Positions 26,364 to 39,900 of a DNA stretch of 64,000 nucleotides are shown here, one piece after another. A program made the position numbers and the translations under genes. How positions within the stretch are numbered: the stretch's first letter is position 1; every line of letters begins with the position of its first letter. A model generated the notes under the pieces. That model searched no databases, had not been told where the DNA came from, and was given only the letters and a program-made list of their open reading frames with translations. This DNA is from Eledone cirrhosa (Eukaryota): positions 253,084,001 to 253,148,000 of the forward strand of contig OZ024741.1 of the NCBI GenBank assembly GCA_964016885.1. The letters run 5' to 3'.

Positions 26364-26399
26364 TGATGGCGATGATATATATATATATAGATATATAAC

Positions 26400-27185
26400 T
26401 TTGATAACTTTGATAGGTTTTGGCCAGTATCAGCCCAGGCCATGTCTAACTTAATAGCACCACCTGGTGAAGTCTTTCAAATCAGGATTTGGACACTATG
26501 GCCCACTCAAGAAGGGAATTATTGTTTGCTGAGCCATATCCGAGTGTAGGAGATTTATCTGGGATTTCTTGAAGGAATTTGTTCAAAGACTTCTTGAACT
26601 TTATGGGGTCTGTTTCTGTCTTAATGTATTTTGGTGTAATGTTAAAGGGCCAATTGAGGTGAAATAATTGTGCTGTATTGTTGTTATGAGATGTGAGTTT
26701 GATTTTTGTTGTGGGCAGATAGCATGGGGCCCAAGCCTTTGATGTAGTTTAAAGGTGATTCCAACATCATTTGGGCAATGCTGATGGAATATTTTCCACA
26801 TCATGCAGATAATGTAGTGCTCATGGCGGTGTTGGAGAGAATAAAGTTTGAGTTTTTCTAGTTGACCCCATTAGTCAAGGCCTGACTTATCATCTATCTT
26901 TTTTTGTAATTGACCTTTGAATAGCTACAATACTCATGATACTCTGTTTCATGTGGGGAGACCACAGCGGACGATAGTGTGGATATCTCTTGACTGGAAG
27001 GTTCTGAGAATCCAGGAACACATACTGCAGGCCCTGTCAACTTTGCTGTTTATATAAGTGACCCACTTATGTTATTGTTCACAATTACTCCTAAGTCTCT
27101 GATGTTGTTGGATGCCATGAGAGTTTCACATGAAGGGAGTATGGGACTTTTAGGGCATCCTCTTTTCCAAAGTTGATTAACTCAA
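26400..27185 (-). mobile_element. Decayed CR1/Jockey-group LINE 3' fragment
   Basis: The minus strand near 26555-26605 translates KFKKSLNKFLQEIPDKSP, resembling the FKxxLDxFLxxIPDxP C-terminus. Heavily disrupted. Confidence 0.5.
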
Positions 27186-27780
27186 ATATATATATATATG
27201 TGTGTGTTTGTGTGCATATATATATATATGTATGTCACAAAGGTAAATGTTCAGGTAAAGAAAGTTATAGTTTCAAGCTCATTGTAGTACCACGATCAGC
27301 AAGACAAGTAATTGTTGTGATATAAGAAAGTGTTATCACTGACATGACTTATTAGTATATTTTATGAATTACCTGATGAGTCAAGATTGAGTGGGATTAA
27401 TGCTTAATAACAAATTCCTCAAGTTAATACTGAGATTATATAATTTATAGAGACATCTAAATATTAATAATGGAGTTTGGGCAAGGTTTTTCATCATTTT
27501 TAGAGACATATTAGAAGAATAAACTGTCTTAAAATTGTTCATCTTGGCTTAGGCCATTATTGTATGTATACATACATAACATACATACATACATTACATA
27601 CATATATAACATATATACATAACATACATACATAACATACACACACACATGCACCCAGACATTACATGGTCTGCTGCAACAATAACATCCATTTCGTGGG
27701 CCATCGCCGGATCAAATATTTTCTCTGTTCTCTGTTTGTGTTTGCCTTAATTCCTTTATTGATTAACTAATTATGCAATC

Positions 27781-28060
27781 TGCACCTGATGATGTCACCA
27801 GCATCTTACATAACCAGGCCATTGAAATATATATAGTGTTTTTTGCAAAATAAAAGTTCAAAGGGATATCACCAGTCCAGCTTCCTGTTGTTTGAATCAA
27901 ATTATATATATATTATATTATATTCATTTAAGTTTGGTGGTTTACCACTGGATAGATCTGATAATGTCACCAGGATGCTACATAACCTGGCCACTGAAAT
28001 GTATATAGTGTTTGCATAAATAAAAATTTGAAGGAGTTTCACCTATCTGGCTTCCTGCCA
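27781..28060 (+). repeat. Tandem dimer (172-bp period), each unit with a hammerhead motif
   Basis: GCAC CTGATGA..GAAAT ATAT ATA GTGT at 27782-27839, and CTGATAA..CCAGG/CCTGG..GAAAT GTAT ATA GTGT at 27958-28011. Confidence 0.65.
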
Positions 28061-28175
28061 TTTTACTCTGTGTGTGTGTGCATGTGTATATATATATATA
28101 TGCATGTATATGTATGCATATATATGTATATATATAATATATAAGAACAAAAGATGGTTAAAAGAGTTCCATGTA

Positions 28176-28242
28176 TTTTATTATGCGCATTTCAAAAACA
28201 AATATCATCATGCAATAATATTTGTGTTTTCATCAGATAAAA
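28176..28242 (-). ncRNA. Type I hammerhead ribozyme (mirror copy)
   Basis: Minus strand: TTTTAT CTGATGA .. GAAAT GCGC ATA ATAAAA, with the palindrome ATGCGCAT as stem III. Confidence 0.82.
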
Positions 28243-28371
28243 CAGGAAGACATGATATGAAGGTTAAAAAACACTTGTGAATAGTGCAGTTTTAAATCAA
28301 CATATCAGATATGTTGATTTAAAACTGCACTATTCACAAATGTTTTTTAACCTTCATATCATGTCTTCCTG

Positions 28372-28438
28372 TTTTATCTGATGAAAACACAAATATTATT
28401 GCATGATGATATTTGTTTTTGAAATGCGTATAATAAAA
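28372..28438 (+). ncRNA. Type I hammerhead ribozyme
   Basis: TTTTAT CTGATGA AAACACAAATATT..GATATTTGTTTTT GAAAT GCGT ATA ATAAAA. Confidence 0.82.
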
Positions 28439-28568
28439 TACATGGAACTCTTTTAACCATCTTTTGTTCTTATATATTATGTATACTCCAGTCCTACAAA
28501 CTGTAGAGTGCTTCTTATCCGATATCTGCATTGCTTTATTGTACTACAATAAAACTCACCTCCTACAT

Positions 28569-28686
<118 letters not shown>

Positions 28687-29050
28687 TACATACTGAGAGA
28701 GAGAGAGAGAATGAACTATTATTTGAATGTATATTTCTAAATGTGTGTTGTATGTGTTTATTTTATACTATTTGTATTACATAAACAAATACTTACAAAA
28801 ACATACTCATACATACACACACACATATATATATATATACATATGCACAAATATAATTCTATCCTCATCACATCCGGAAGGTTCCCATCACACATGCACA
28901 TAAACAAAATTACCACAACAAACAAACAATATTGCTGCTATATGCATATACACACATATAATATTCCCTGCACACGCAAACACAACACTTCAACTATTTA
29001 CCTACACACACAGTCATATAAACACCCAATGTTATCATTATTCATGATAT

Positions 29051-29180
29051 TCTGAGTTCAAATCCCGCCGAGGTTAGCTTTGCCTTTCATCCTTACGGGG
29101 TCGATAAAATAAAGTACCAGTAATGTACTGAGATAATTACTGGCCTTGTGCCAAAAGTAGAAACAATTATCATTATTCAT
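29051..29180 (+). mobile_element. SINE family 2 fragment
   Basis: Matches 13160-13285. Confidence 0.75.
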
Positions 29181-29833
29181 AATATTTCCTCTGCATATAA
29201 ATATACAGATTTCTACCCCATATAACACTCTATTTAAATCATTGCCATATGCACACACATATAGCAATGTGCATGTTACAAAGTTGATTTCTAATGCAAG
29301 AACAAATTCAGTAAATTTTGGCTAAGTGCAAAATTCATTGAATTGACACCAGTATATGACTGCTACCTTATTTTATTGACCAAAGAAAGTGGGAAGGCAA
29401 AGTTGGCTTTTGTGAGATTTGAACTGAGAATCTTAGCTAGAACAAATAATGTGATGACATTTTATCAGATGCTCTACCAATTCTGCCAATCCACCAACCT
29501 AATACATATATATTACATGAGTACATGCACACACACACACACACATATATACATATATATGTACATATATATAAATATATATGTATGTATATTTATGCAT
29601 ATTTATATATATATTTATATATATTTATGTATCTATATTTTTATATAGACATATATTTATATATATGTATATATATCTTGGTATATATATATACACTGTA
29701 CACAATATTTCGTTATTGTTATTATATCATGACTCGTACACTGTTCATTTTCCTGACATTTGTACATTATTCTATGTACTATACATGCACCTTTGATGAG
29801 TTGTAGTGCACCTGAGCACTGTACACAATAATT

Positions 29834-29891
<58 letters not shown>

Positions 29892-30419
29892 TGTATATAT
29901 ATATACATATACAAACATATATACAAACATATATATATATATGTTTGTATATATATATATACATATACATATATGTGCTTTTCAACACACACATATATAT
30001 ATATATATGCTTTTCATCATACACACACACACACATATCTAAATGCCCTTCCACATTCATCACCTTAACATCTTTATCTTACCATCACCATCATAGTATA
30101 CTATCTCCCATACCACCACTGCCATAACACATCTCTACCAAGTCATCTCTACTATACTATAGCATGCTCTTCCTCACACCACACAACCTTACAACTACAA
30201 CACAACACACACCTCATAATTCTACATGACATACCCACCACTTCACACAGATCCTTATCTATGTATGTCACACAATACACCCTGTAATATAACAATATAG
30301 TCCTCTGGGTAAATATCAGTAATTTTCATAAGGTTTCCTGGGAATGTCTTTTTATGGAAAGAACGGGTGGGTAGGAATGGAGTTTTTGCTGGATACAATG
30401 TAGGATTGTGCAATTCAGG

Positions 30420-30453
30420 TATACATATGCATGTATACATATGCATATATGTG

Positions 30454-30535
<82 letters not shown>

Positions 30536-30592
30536 TATATATATACACACACACATATATATATATATACATATATGTAGATATTATGTATG

Positions 30593-30636
<44 letters not shown>

Positions 30637-30772
30637 TGTAGATATATGTATATATATACATATATATATATATACATATATACACATATGTACATATATG
30701 TATGTATATATATACATATTTGTACATATCTGTATATATATATACATATATATATATGTTTATATATATATA

Positions 30773-30826
<54 letters not shown>

Positions 30827-30830
30827 TATA

Positions 30831-30873
<43 letters not shown>

Positions 30874-30886
30874 TTTTATATATATT

Positions 30887-30950
<64 letters not shown>

Positions 30951-30954
30951 CTTT

Positions 30955-30986
<32 letters not shown>

Positions 30987-31050
30987 TATATACTTTTATA
31001 TATATATATGTTTATATATATATATGTATATATATATATGTGTGTGTAGG
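30420..31050. repeat. Compound (TA)n microsatellite
   Basis: Direct reading; source of the poly-IY ORFs. Confidence 0.95.
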
Positions 31051-31229
31051 GAGAAAGATATATATGTACATATAAGTTTATGTGTGCATGTTTAAAATTC
31101 CACATGAAGAAATAAAAAGTGATCAATTTGTATGTATAGAGTGTGTGCATAACTCATACATGTAACTTATCATATTTCAACAAATGCCCAAGTGCATGCA
31201 GAAAAACACATAAATGTGTATACAAATAA

Positions 31230-31282
<53 letters not shown>

Positions 31283-31284
<2 letters not shown>

Positions 31285-31479
31285 ACGAAGGAAAAGTGGT
31301 AAGGAACCAGGTGGACCATAACGCACCAAAGTACTCAATACTTAGGGTAGTAGAGTGGGTAATAGGAACAAGTAAAACCCCGACGGCTGAGCTCAAGCCG
31401 TTTTGACGGCTAATTCTGGACTGAGTCCAGAATTAGCCGTCGAAACGGCTTGAGCTCAGCCGTTGGGGTCCTACTCGTT

Positions 31480-31483
<4 letters not shown>
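31283..31483. mobile_element. Fold-back family A copy
   Basis: Same tail and arm as 20949-21142; centre CTGGAC TGA GTCCAG. Confidence 0.9.
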
Positions 31484-31525
<42 letters not shown>

Positions 31526-31684
31526 CATACATGCATATATTTATAATTTTATATATATATATATACATAGATGCATATATATATACAATTATATATATAT
31601 ATTCATACATGCATATGTACATATAGTTATATACATATAGTTATATATATATATATATATATAACTATATATATAGTTGTAATA

Positions 31685-31791
31685 AAATGAAAACGAGATT
31701 TCATTTCTCACTCTTAGTACGGCACTTACTTAAATGTAAGTATGTATGTATACGTACATACATATATGTATACAGACGTACAGTAGCATGC

Positions 31792-31824
<33 letters not shown>

Positions 31825-32064
31825 TACATACAGGTACACATACATATATGTACGCATCAGTTTAGCGGACGCTTATTATAGCGCCCGCTTTGTTCGTTTG
31901 TAAACAAACTGAACAGCCTGAATTTATGCCGCACGGTGTTAAGGCAACCACATCACCTTTTTGTTCAACACTGACACAGGAACGATGTACTAGTTTCAAG
32001 CTTGTTAGTATAATAAGCGTCCGCTAAACTGATGCGTACATATATGTATGTGTACCTGTATGTA

Positions 32065-32102
<38 letters not shown>

Positions 32103-32155
32103 TGCTACTGTACGTCTGTATACATATATGTATGTACGTATACATACATACTTAC

Positions 32156-32160
<5 letters not shown>
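31685..32160. mobile_element. Fold-back family K, copy 1
   Basis: ~31731-31880 is the reverse complement of 32010-32160. The left tail (TTTCATTTCTCACTCTTAGTACGG) is shared with ~42955-42977. Confidence 0.85.
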
Positions 32161-32203
<43 letters not shown>

Positions 32204-32206
32204 GTA

Positions 32207-32256
<50 letters not shown>

Positions 32257-32261
32257 TATGT

Positions 32262-32469
32262 GTTGTGATCCTATAAGATAGCATATAAAACACATTGAAG
32301 ACCCTTAAAAACAGAAAAAGAAGTTGGCTAATGGCAAGTTCTTTGTCCATCTTTCAGGGTCTTCAGCCTATGTTTTTTATAGGATCTCCATGCATGAGCA
32401 CAACACTTTTTAGATTAACTTCATCTCCTCAGTGCTTCATTAAAGTTCAAGAGGTCGGCCACATATACA

Positions 32470-32470
<1 letters not shown>
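32262..32470. mobile_element. Degenerate fold-back element with a right tail
   Basis: GATCCTATAA..TGAAGACCCT vs AGGGTCTTCA..TTATAGGATC. Confidence 0.5.
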
Positions 32471-32514
<44 letters not shown>

Positions 32515-32534
32515 TGTGTATATATATAAGTGTG

Positions 32535-32599
<65 letters not shown>

Positions 32600-33175
32600 A
32601 CATATATATATATATACTTATATATACATATATATACATATATATATATATTTACATGTGTGTGAATGTGTGTGTGCATATATATATTTATATGTATGTG
32701 TGTATATGTATATACAGCAGTACAGTGGAACGCAGCAGAGTAGAGCAACACTAGAAGCCACATCTAGCAGAACAAAAGCAGTCACATCCCAGCTGTTTTG
32801 ATGTCTCCACTTCATCGACTCTTAGATCCTCGGGCAGGCAGCTGAAAAAGATTGGGAAAACAAGGTTTAGATGTAAGCTTGGTATTGACATCTGTAGAGA
32901 TGGTGTGCCATTTAAAATACAATATTAAATATATCCTATGATCATCTGCAGGTTGAATATTTCACTGAGAATAATTCACAGTTTGGATGAGAAAATGAAG
33001 ATTATCACCGATACAGACTGATGCATGTATATCTGTAACTCTATCTATTTATTTACCTGTCTATCTATCTATCTATATATATATCTATCTATCTATTTTG
33101 CCTGTCTGCCTATGCTTCTATCCTCATACCACAACTCACACAAATGGGGCACATAAAAGAGTAAAAGTGTGTGTG

Positions 33176-33209
<34 letters not shown>

Positions 33210-33599
33210 CATCATCATCATCATCATCAGCGTTTAACGTCCGTGTTCCACGCTTGCATGGGTTTGGACGGGGGTAGTCCCACTTGAGGCAAGAGTGATT
33301 GTCTTGCTCGCATAGGACTGTCTGGCAGGTTTTCTACAGTTGGATGCCCTTCCTAACACCAACCACATTTACAGTGTGGGTCTGGGAGGTTTTTACCGTG
33401 TTGCCTACACGGCCACATTACAGCGTGGACTGTGTGTTTTTTTGTCGTGACACCTACACGATCTCATTTGTTTCGGCCTCGATGGCGCGGCACCAACATA
33501 ACTTTACATAGAACGGGGTGGTGTGGATCGGGTGGGGGTGGTGGGACGGGGTGTATTTGTTAGAGATGCCTACTGGCTGGAGTAGGTTTTACTATATAT

Positions 33600-36500
33600 T
33601 TAGGTAAGGCGGGTCTTCTCTGTTACTGAGTACCGCCAAAGGTCTCGGTCCAGTGACATTGTCTTGGAGAGGTGTAAGTGTGTGATGTCGGAGTTTATCA
33701 GCTCGTCCCAGGTTTTTCTAGGTCTGCCTATTCCGTGACTACCGTCTATCTTTATTGCCCTGCACTTTGTTATACAGCTATCGACTTTCATGCGCATCAC
33801 GTGTCCATACCAACGTAGCCTTCTCTCGAGTAAACAACATCTGATCCCTCTTATCTCTAATTTATTCCTTAGTTCGTTTATGCTTTGCCGTTCACGTATA
33901 TTACTGTTACACATCCAGCGGAGCATGCAAGCTTCGTTCCTCTCTAGTCTGCGTATATCCTCTGCACACAATGCCCAGGTCTCACTGCCATGCAGCATTG
34001 CTGTTCGTATGCAGGCATCGTACAACCTGCCTTTCATTTTTAGTGAGAACCCTTTAGCAGCTAATAGTGGTATAAGCTCTCTGAACTTTTTCCAACCAGT
34101 TCTGACTCTAGCTACAGTACTTTCAGAGCACCCTCCCCCACTGCTGATTTTATCGCCCAGGTAACGGAAGCTGTCCACTATTTCTATAGAACCCTCTGCG
34201 CAATTGAAAGAGCTAGTAGTTTGTGGGCACTTGCTGCTACTTATTGCACCAGAGCACCGGCCACATGTAAAATCTATGTTCTTAGTTAGCCTACCTGTGA
34301 TCCCACTACATCTTTTATGCACCCATACTTTGCATTTAGGACATAAAATGGAGTTTCTACCTACGCCTTTCCTACACACCGAGCACGACCATTTCCCAGA
34401 AGGGACCGCCGCCTTGTTTTCTTTCCTACAAACTAGTACTTTGGTCTTAGCCAGGTTAATTTTAAGTCCTTTTGACTCTAGGCCGTGCTTCCATGTTTGG
34501 AATTTCTTCTCTAGCTCGGCCATTGATTCCGCTATGAGTGTCAGGTCGTCTGCGTATAGGAGTTCCCATGGGCAGCCTGTCTTGAACTCCTCTGTTATGG
34601 CCTGAAGGGCAATAATAAATAGTAGTGGACTGAGAACAGAGCCCTGATGGACGCCGACTTTTACGCTAAACTCTTCACTATATTCGTTGTTAATTCTAAC
34701 CTTGCTGACTGTTTCTTTATACATGGCTTGTATAGCCCTCACAAGCCATTCGTCAACGCCTAGTTTTCTAAGAGCCCACCAGATAATGGAGCGGGGGACT
34801 CTGTCGAAGGCTTTCTCCAAGTCGACAAAAGCTAAGTAGAGGGGTTTACCTTTAGCTAGGTACTTCTCTTGTAGTTGTCGTACTATGAAAAGAGCGTCTG
34901 TGGTACTTTTGCCTGACACAAACCCGAACTGCATTTCATCTAGGTCAATTCTCTCTCTGATTAGCTGCGCTATTACTCTTTCCGTGACCTTCATGACCTG
35001 GTCGATTAATTTAATGCCTCTATAGTTACTCCTATCTAGGGCGTCTCCTTTACCCTTATAACAGTTAACGATGATGCTGCTATGCCAGTCCTTCGGAACA
35101 ACCCCGTTTTGTACGACTTGGTTAACTATGCGGGTGACCATGGTGTGTCCCACCGTGCCAGATGCCTTCAGCATCTCAGCAACTATTTCCGAAGGCCCAG
35201 CCGCCTTACCAGTCTTCATATCCTTGATTGCCTTACTTATTATACTCCCCTCGACTAACACTGCTGGTCCCTCTATTGGGTCGATATGGGGGAGACTGCC
35301 TTTCTCCCAATTATTCTCCTCATTTAGAAGCCTTTCATAGTGACACTTCCAAGCTACCTTCTTATCAGCGTCGGTGATGGCAAGTGTGCCATCGTCGTTT
35401 AGTACACACTTCTCCCCGACAATATCACGGTTTTCCTTGACGCATTGCCTAGCAATCCTGAACACCTCACGTTTTTGGTCATCGCGTTGTAGAACATGCT
35501 TGAACTTTCTTTCCTCAGCTTCCCTTCTTGCTAAGTACACTTGTCTCCTAGCTTCCCTCCTGGCCACTTGATAGTCCTCTCTACTTCCCCCATCCCGCCA
35601 TACTTTCCAAGCCTGCTTTTTGGCCTTAATTGACCCCTCCACCTTACTGTTCCACCACCATGTTACTCTCCTCCTGCCTACAGGCCTGCTCCAGCCACAG
35701 ACCTCGTCTGTCGCCAACAGCAGGTTTGCTTTCAGAAATTCCCACTCTCCCTCTATATTGTCCGACTCTAAATGTTCTTCCTTACTGTCGAAAGCATCAA
35801 GTAATATGCTTTGAAATTTATTCCTGGCTGTGGGGTCCTTTAACTTCCATATTTTCCTCCTGAGGATAGTCCTCTTCTGTTGTCGAGTACGTCTCGTCCT
35901 GACTATGAGGTCGCTAATTATCAGTCTATGTTGGGAGGTGCATTCTTCATGGGGGAGGGATTTAGTGTTAACAACAGACACTCTGTCACGTCTTCTGGTA
36001 AGGATATAATCTACCTGGCTTGTGTGTTCCCCGGATCTATAGGTGATCAGGTGATTGTCACGTTTTTTGAAGTTAGTGTTACAGATAGTTAGGTTATTTG
36101 CATCACAGAATTCCAGGATTCTGGAGCCTTCCTCATTTCTAGTACCAAACCCATAGCCTCCATGGATTTCGTCGTAGCCGTCACAATGTTGTCCAACGTG
36201 ACCATTTAGGTCGCCTGCGATAATTATATAGTCACTGTCGGATATTTGGGAGGTAGTTAGCATCAGTGTCTCATAGAATCTGTCTTTTATAGTGCCGGGC
36301 AGTCCGGATTGGGGTGCGTACGCAGATATTACTGTCACCGTAGTTCTATTGAGGACAAGTCGTATTTTAATTATTCTGTCGTTCACTCTATTTACGTCTA
36401 TTATCTTATCTGCCCACTTTTCTGCTACCATGATTCCTACTCCACCCAGCCCATCGTCGTTTCCCACCCAGAAAAGCTTATAACAACGTTTTTTACCCTC

Positions 36501-36830
36501 AATGAACCTAGCAGACCCACCCCTCCACCTGGTCTCTTGAATACAACAAACATCGACCTCCTTACGTTCAAGCATTTCTACAACCTCGTTAGCGCGACCC
36601 TTTAGGGTGCCTACATTTATGGTACCAACTCTGAAGTTTTGGATTGCGTTTGGGGGTTGGGGGCGGTGAGGGGCGGGGGGCGATGGTGTTATGTTAGCCG
36701 TCCGCGGTCGAAACAATGAGGAGTGCTCGCATTCTCGTCCAAGGGGTGAATTTGTCTTTATCTTTGGCATTGTCGCTGAGCGTCCAGATTTTTCTCTCTC
36801 ACCTCCACTCTCCAGGATTCCGCAGTCCAT
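33600..36830 (-). CDS. RTE LINE protein: APE endonuclease, reverse transcriptase and a PHD-type Zn finger
   Basis: EN motifs TINVGTL, CIQETRW, AYAPQ, GDLNGH and SQHRL. RT motifs FVDLEKAFD, GVHQGSVLSP and LLYADD. C-terminal RLRWYGHV..GRPRKTW. First in-frame ATG at 36830; the frame is open to 36962. Confidence 0.95.
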   Translation of the reverse strand: MDCGILESGGEREKSGRSATMPKIKTNSPLGRECEHSSLFRPRTANITPSPPAPHRPQPPNAIQNFRVGTINVGTLKGRANEVVEMLERKEVDVCCIQETRWRGGSARFIEGKKRCYKLFWVGNDDGLGGVGIMVAEKWADKIIDVNRVNDRIIKIRLVLNRTTVTVISAYAPQSGLPGTIKDRFYETLMLTTSQISDSDYIIIAGDLNGHVGQHCDGYDEIHGGYGFGTRNEEGSRILEFCDANNLTICNTNFKKRDNHLITYRSGEHTSQVDYILTRRRDRVSVVNTKSLPHEECTSQHRLIISDLIVRTRRTRQQKRTILRRKIWKLKDPTARNKFQSILLDAFDSKEEHLESDNIEGEWEFLKANLLLATDEVCGWSRPVGRRRVTWWWNSKVEGSIKAKKQAWKVWRDGGSREDYQVARREARRQVYLARREAEERKFKHVLQRDDQKREVFRIARQCVKENRDIVGEKCVLNDDGTLAITDADKKVAWKCHYERLLNEENNWEKGSLPHIDPIEGPAVLVEGSIISKAIKDMKTGKAAGPSEIVAEMLKASGTVGHTMVTRIVNQVVQNGVVPKDWHSSIIVNCYKGKGDALDRSNYRGIKLIDQVMKVTERVIAQLIRERIDLDEMQFGFVSGKSTTDALFIVRQLQEKYLAKGKPLYLAFVDLEKAFDRVPRSIIWWALRKLGVDEWLVRAIQAMYKETVSKVRINNEYSEEFSVKVGVHQGSVLSPLLFIIALQAITEEFKTGCPWELLYADDLTLIAESMAELEKKFQTWKHGLESKGLKINLAKTKVLVCRKENKAAVPSGKWSCSVCRKGVGRNSILCPKCKVWVHKRCSGITGRLTKNIDFTCGRCSGAISSSKCPQTTSSFNCAEGSIEIVDSFRYLGDKISSGGGCSESTVARVRTGWKKFRELIPLLAAKGFSLKMKGRLYDACIRTAMLHGSETWALCAEDIRRLERNEACMLRWMCNSNIRERQSINELRNKLEIRGIRCCLLERRLRWYGHVMRMKVDSCITKCRAIKIDGSHGIGRPRKTWDELINSDITHLHLSKTMSLDRDLWRYSVTEKTRLT

Positions 36831-36998
36831 CCATCCATCATATATCGTATATCGAAAGGCAACCAGGCAAGCGATAGTATAGGCCTCTGGTTTCTGATTG
36901 GTCCGCGTAATAATACTGGTGATACGTGGGGGCTGTTTTATGATTGGTCCACGTAATAGCAATGGTGGTGTGTGGGGGTGGGAGGGAGGGGTGTTGGG

Positions 36999-39900
36999 TA
37001 GCTAGCAAGAAGGTAATGATTGAGATGGGTTTATGCATTTAACAAGCGATTAACAAAAATACAAAATTTGTTCAGTTAAATACGTCCAAAAACCTAAACG
37101 TATTTAGCACTTAATAGGAACAGAAAATGTAGTTTGTTTTAGCGATAGAATGGCTATTTGGACTTGAAATACGAAATGAGAGAGAGAGAGGAGAGAGAGA
37201 TGAAGTCTGTACCTTACGTTTACATGATTTTCGTTCGGACAGCAGGCAAAGAAATGAAATTTGGCGAAGTGAATTCCTATCATATATTTATAGGGAGAGA
37301 GAGAGAGAGAGAGAGAGAGTGCGAGGGTAGGGGGCCACATGATGGCTGTGGGTGTTAGGCGTTTGACCGCCCCGTGCCTTCGAAGAAGGAAGAAGGAAAG
37401 GATTTTGCTTTTTTTGGGGTTTGAAAATACGTTAGGAATTAAGGTTTGAAAATAGCTAGCAAGAAGGTAATGATTGAGATGGGTTTATGCATTTAACAAG
37501 CGATTAACAAAAATACAAAATTTGTTCAGTTAAATACGTCCAAAAACCTAAACGTATTTAGCACTTAATAGGAACAGAAAATGTAGTTTGTTTTAGCGAT
37601 AGAATGGCTATTTGGACTTGAAATACGAAATGAGAGAGAGAGAGGAGAGAGAGATGAAGTCTGTACCTTACGTTTACATGATTTTCGTTCGGACAGCAGG
37701 CAAAGAAATGAAATTTGGCGAAGTGAATTCCTATCATATATTTATAGGGAGAGAGAGAGAGAGAGAGAGAGAGTGCGAGGGTAGGGGGCCACATGATGGC
37801 TGTGGGTGTTAGGCGTTTGACCGCCCCGTGCCTTCGAAGAAGGAAGAAGGAAAGGATTTTGCTTTTTTTGGGGTTTGAAAATACGTTAGGAATTAAGGTT
37901 TGAAAATAGCTAGCAAGAAGGTAATGATTGAGATGGGTTTATGCATTTAACAAGCGATTAACAAAAATACAAAATTTGTTCAGTTAAATACGTCCAAAAA
38001 CCTAAACGTATTTAGCACTTAATAGGAACAGAAAATGTAGTTTGTTTTAGCGATAGAATGGCTATTTGGACTTGAAATACGAAATGAGAGAGAGAGAGGA
38101 GAGAGAGATGAAGTCTGTACCTTACGTTTACATGATTTTCGTTCGGACAGCAGGCAAAGAAATGAAATTTGGCGAAGTGAATTCCTATCATATATTTATA
38201 GGGAGAGAGAGAGAGAGAGAGAGAGAGTGCGAGGGTAGGGGGCCACATGATGGCTGTGGGTGTTAGGCGTTTGACCGCCCCGTGCCTTCGAAGAAGGAAG
38301 AAGGAAAGGATTTTGCTTTTTTTGGGGTTTGAAAATACGTTAGGAATTAAGGTTTGAAAATAGCTAGCAAGAAGGTAATGATTGAGATGGGTTTATGCAT
38401 TTAACAAGCGATTAACAAAAATACAAAATTTGTTCAGTTAAATACGTCCAAAAACCTAAACGTATTTAGCACTTAATAGGAACAGAAAATGTAGTTTGTT
38501 TTAGCGATAGAATGGCTATTTGGACTTGAAATACGAAATGAGAGAGAGAGAGGAGAGAGAGATGAAGTCTGTACCTTACGTTTACATGATTTTCGTTCGG
38601 ACAGCAGGCAAAGAAATGAAATTTGGCGAAGTGAATTCCTATCATATATTTATAGGGAGAGAGAGAGAGAGAGAGAGAGAGTGCGAGGGTAGGGGGCCAC
38701 ATGATGGCTGTGGGTGTTAGGCGTTTGACCGCCCCGTGCCTTCGAAGAAGGAAGAAGGAAAGGATTTTGCTTTTTTTGGGGTTTGAAAATACGTTAGGAA
38801 TTAAGGTTTGAAAATAGCTAGCAAGAAGGTAATGATTGAGATGGGTTTATGCATTTAACAAGCGATTAACAAAAATACAAAATTTGTTCAGTTAAATACG
38901 TCCAAAAACCTAAACGTATTTAGCACTTAATAGGAACAGAAAATGTAGTTTGTTTTAGCGATAGAATGGCTATTTGGACTTGAAATACGAAATGAGAGAG
39001 AGAGAGGAGAGAGAGATGAAGTCTGTACCTTACGTTTACATGATTTTCGTTCGGACAGCAGGCAAAGAAATGAAATTTGGCGAAGTGAATTCCTATCATA
39101 TATTTATAGGGAGAGAGAGAGAGAGAGAGAGAGAGTGCGAGGGTAGGGGGCCACATGATGGCTGTGGGTGTTAGGCGTTTGACCGCCCCGTGCCTTCGAA
39201 GAAGGAAGAAGGAAAGGATTTTGCTTTTTTTGGGGTTTGAAAATACGTTAGGAATTAAGGTTTGAAAATAGCTAGCAAGAAGGTAATGATTGAGATGGGT
39301 TTATGCATTTAACAAGCGATTAACAAAAATACAAAATTTGTTCAGTTAAATACGTCCAAAAACCTAAACGTATTTAGCACTTAATAGGAACAGAAAATGT
39401 AGTTTGTTTTAGCGATAGAATGGCTATTTGGACTTGAAATACGAAATGAGAGAGAGAGAGGAGAGAGAGATGAAGTCTGTACCTTACGTTTACATGATTT
39501 TCGTTCGGACAGCAGGCAAAGAAATGAAATTTGGCGAAGTGAATTCCTATCATATATTTATAGGGAGAGAGAGAGAGAGAGAGAGAGAGTGCGAGGGTAG
39601 GGGGCCACATGATGGCTGTGGGTGTTAGGCGTTTGACCGCCCCGTGCCTTCGAAGAAGGAAGAAGGAAAGGATTTTGCTTTTTTTGGGGTTTGAAAATAC
39701 GTTAGGAATTAAGGTTTGAAAATAGCTAGCAAGAAGGTAATGATTGAGATGGGTTTATGCATTTAACAAGCGATTAACAAAAATACAAAATTTGTTCAGT
39801 TAAATACGTCCAAAAACCTAAACGTATTTAGCACTTAATAGGAACAGAAAATGTAGTTTGTTTTAGCGATAGAATGGCTATTTGGACTTGAAATACGAAA

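Noticed and set aside
27372-27450. CTGATGAG followed by a weak hairpin
   Set aside because: No GAAA half at the expected place.
33790-36882. Plus-strand ORFs overlapping the RTE
   Set aside because: Antisense shadows of the real minus-strand ORF.
37340-37405. HDV-like ribozyme in the 454-bp monomer (minus strand CCT TCTTCGA AGG..GGCG/CGCC TAA)
   Set aside because: I could not find P1 or P2 partners.
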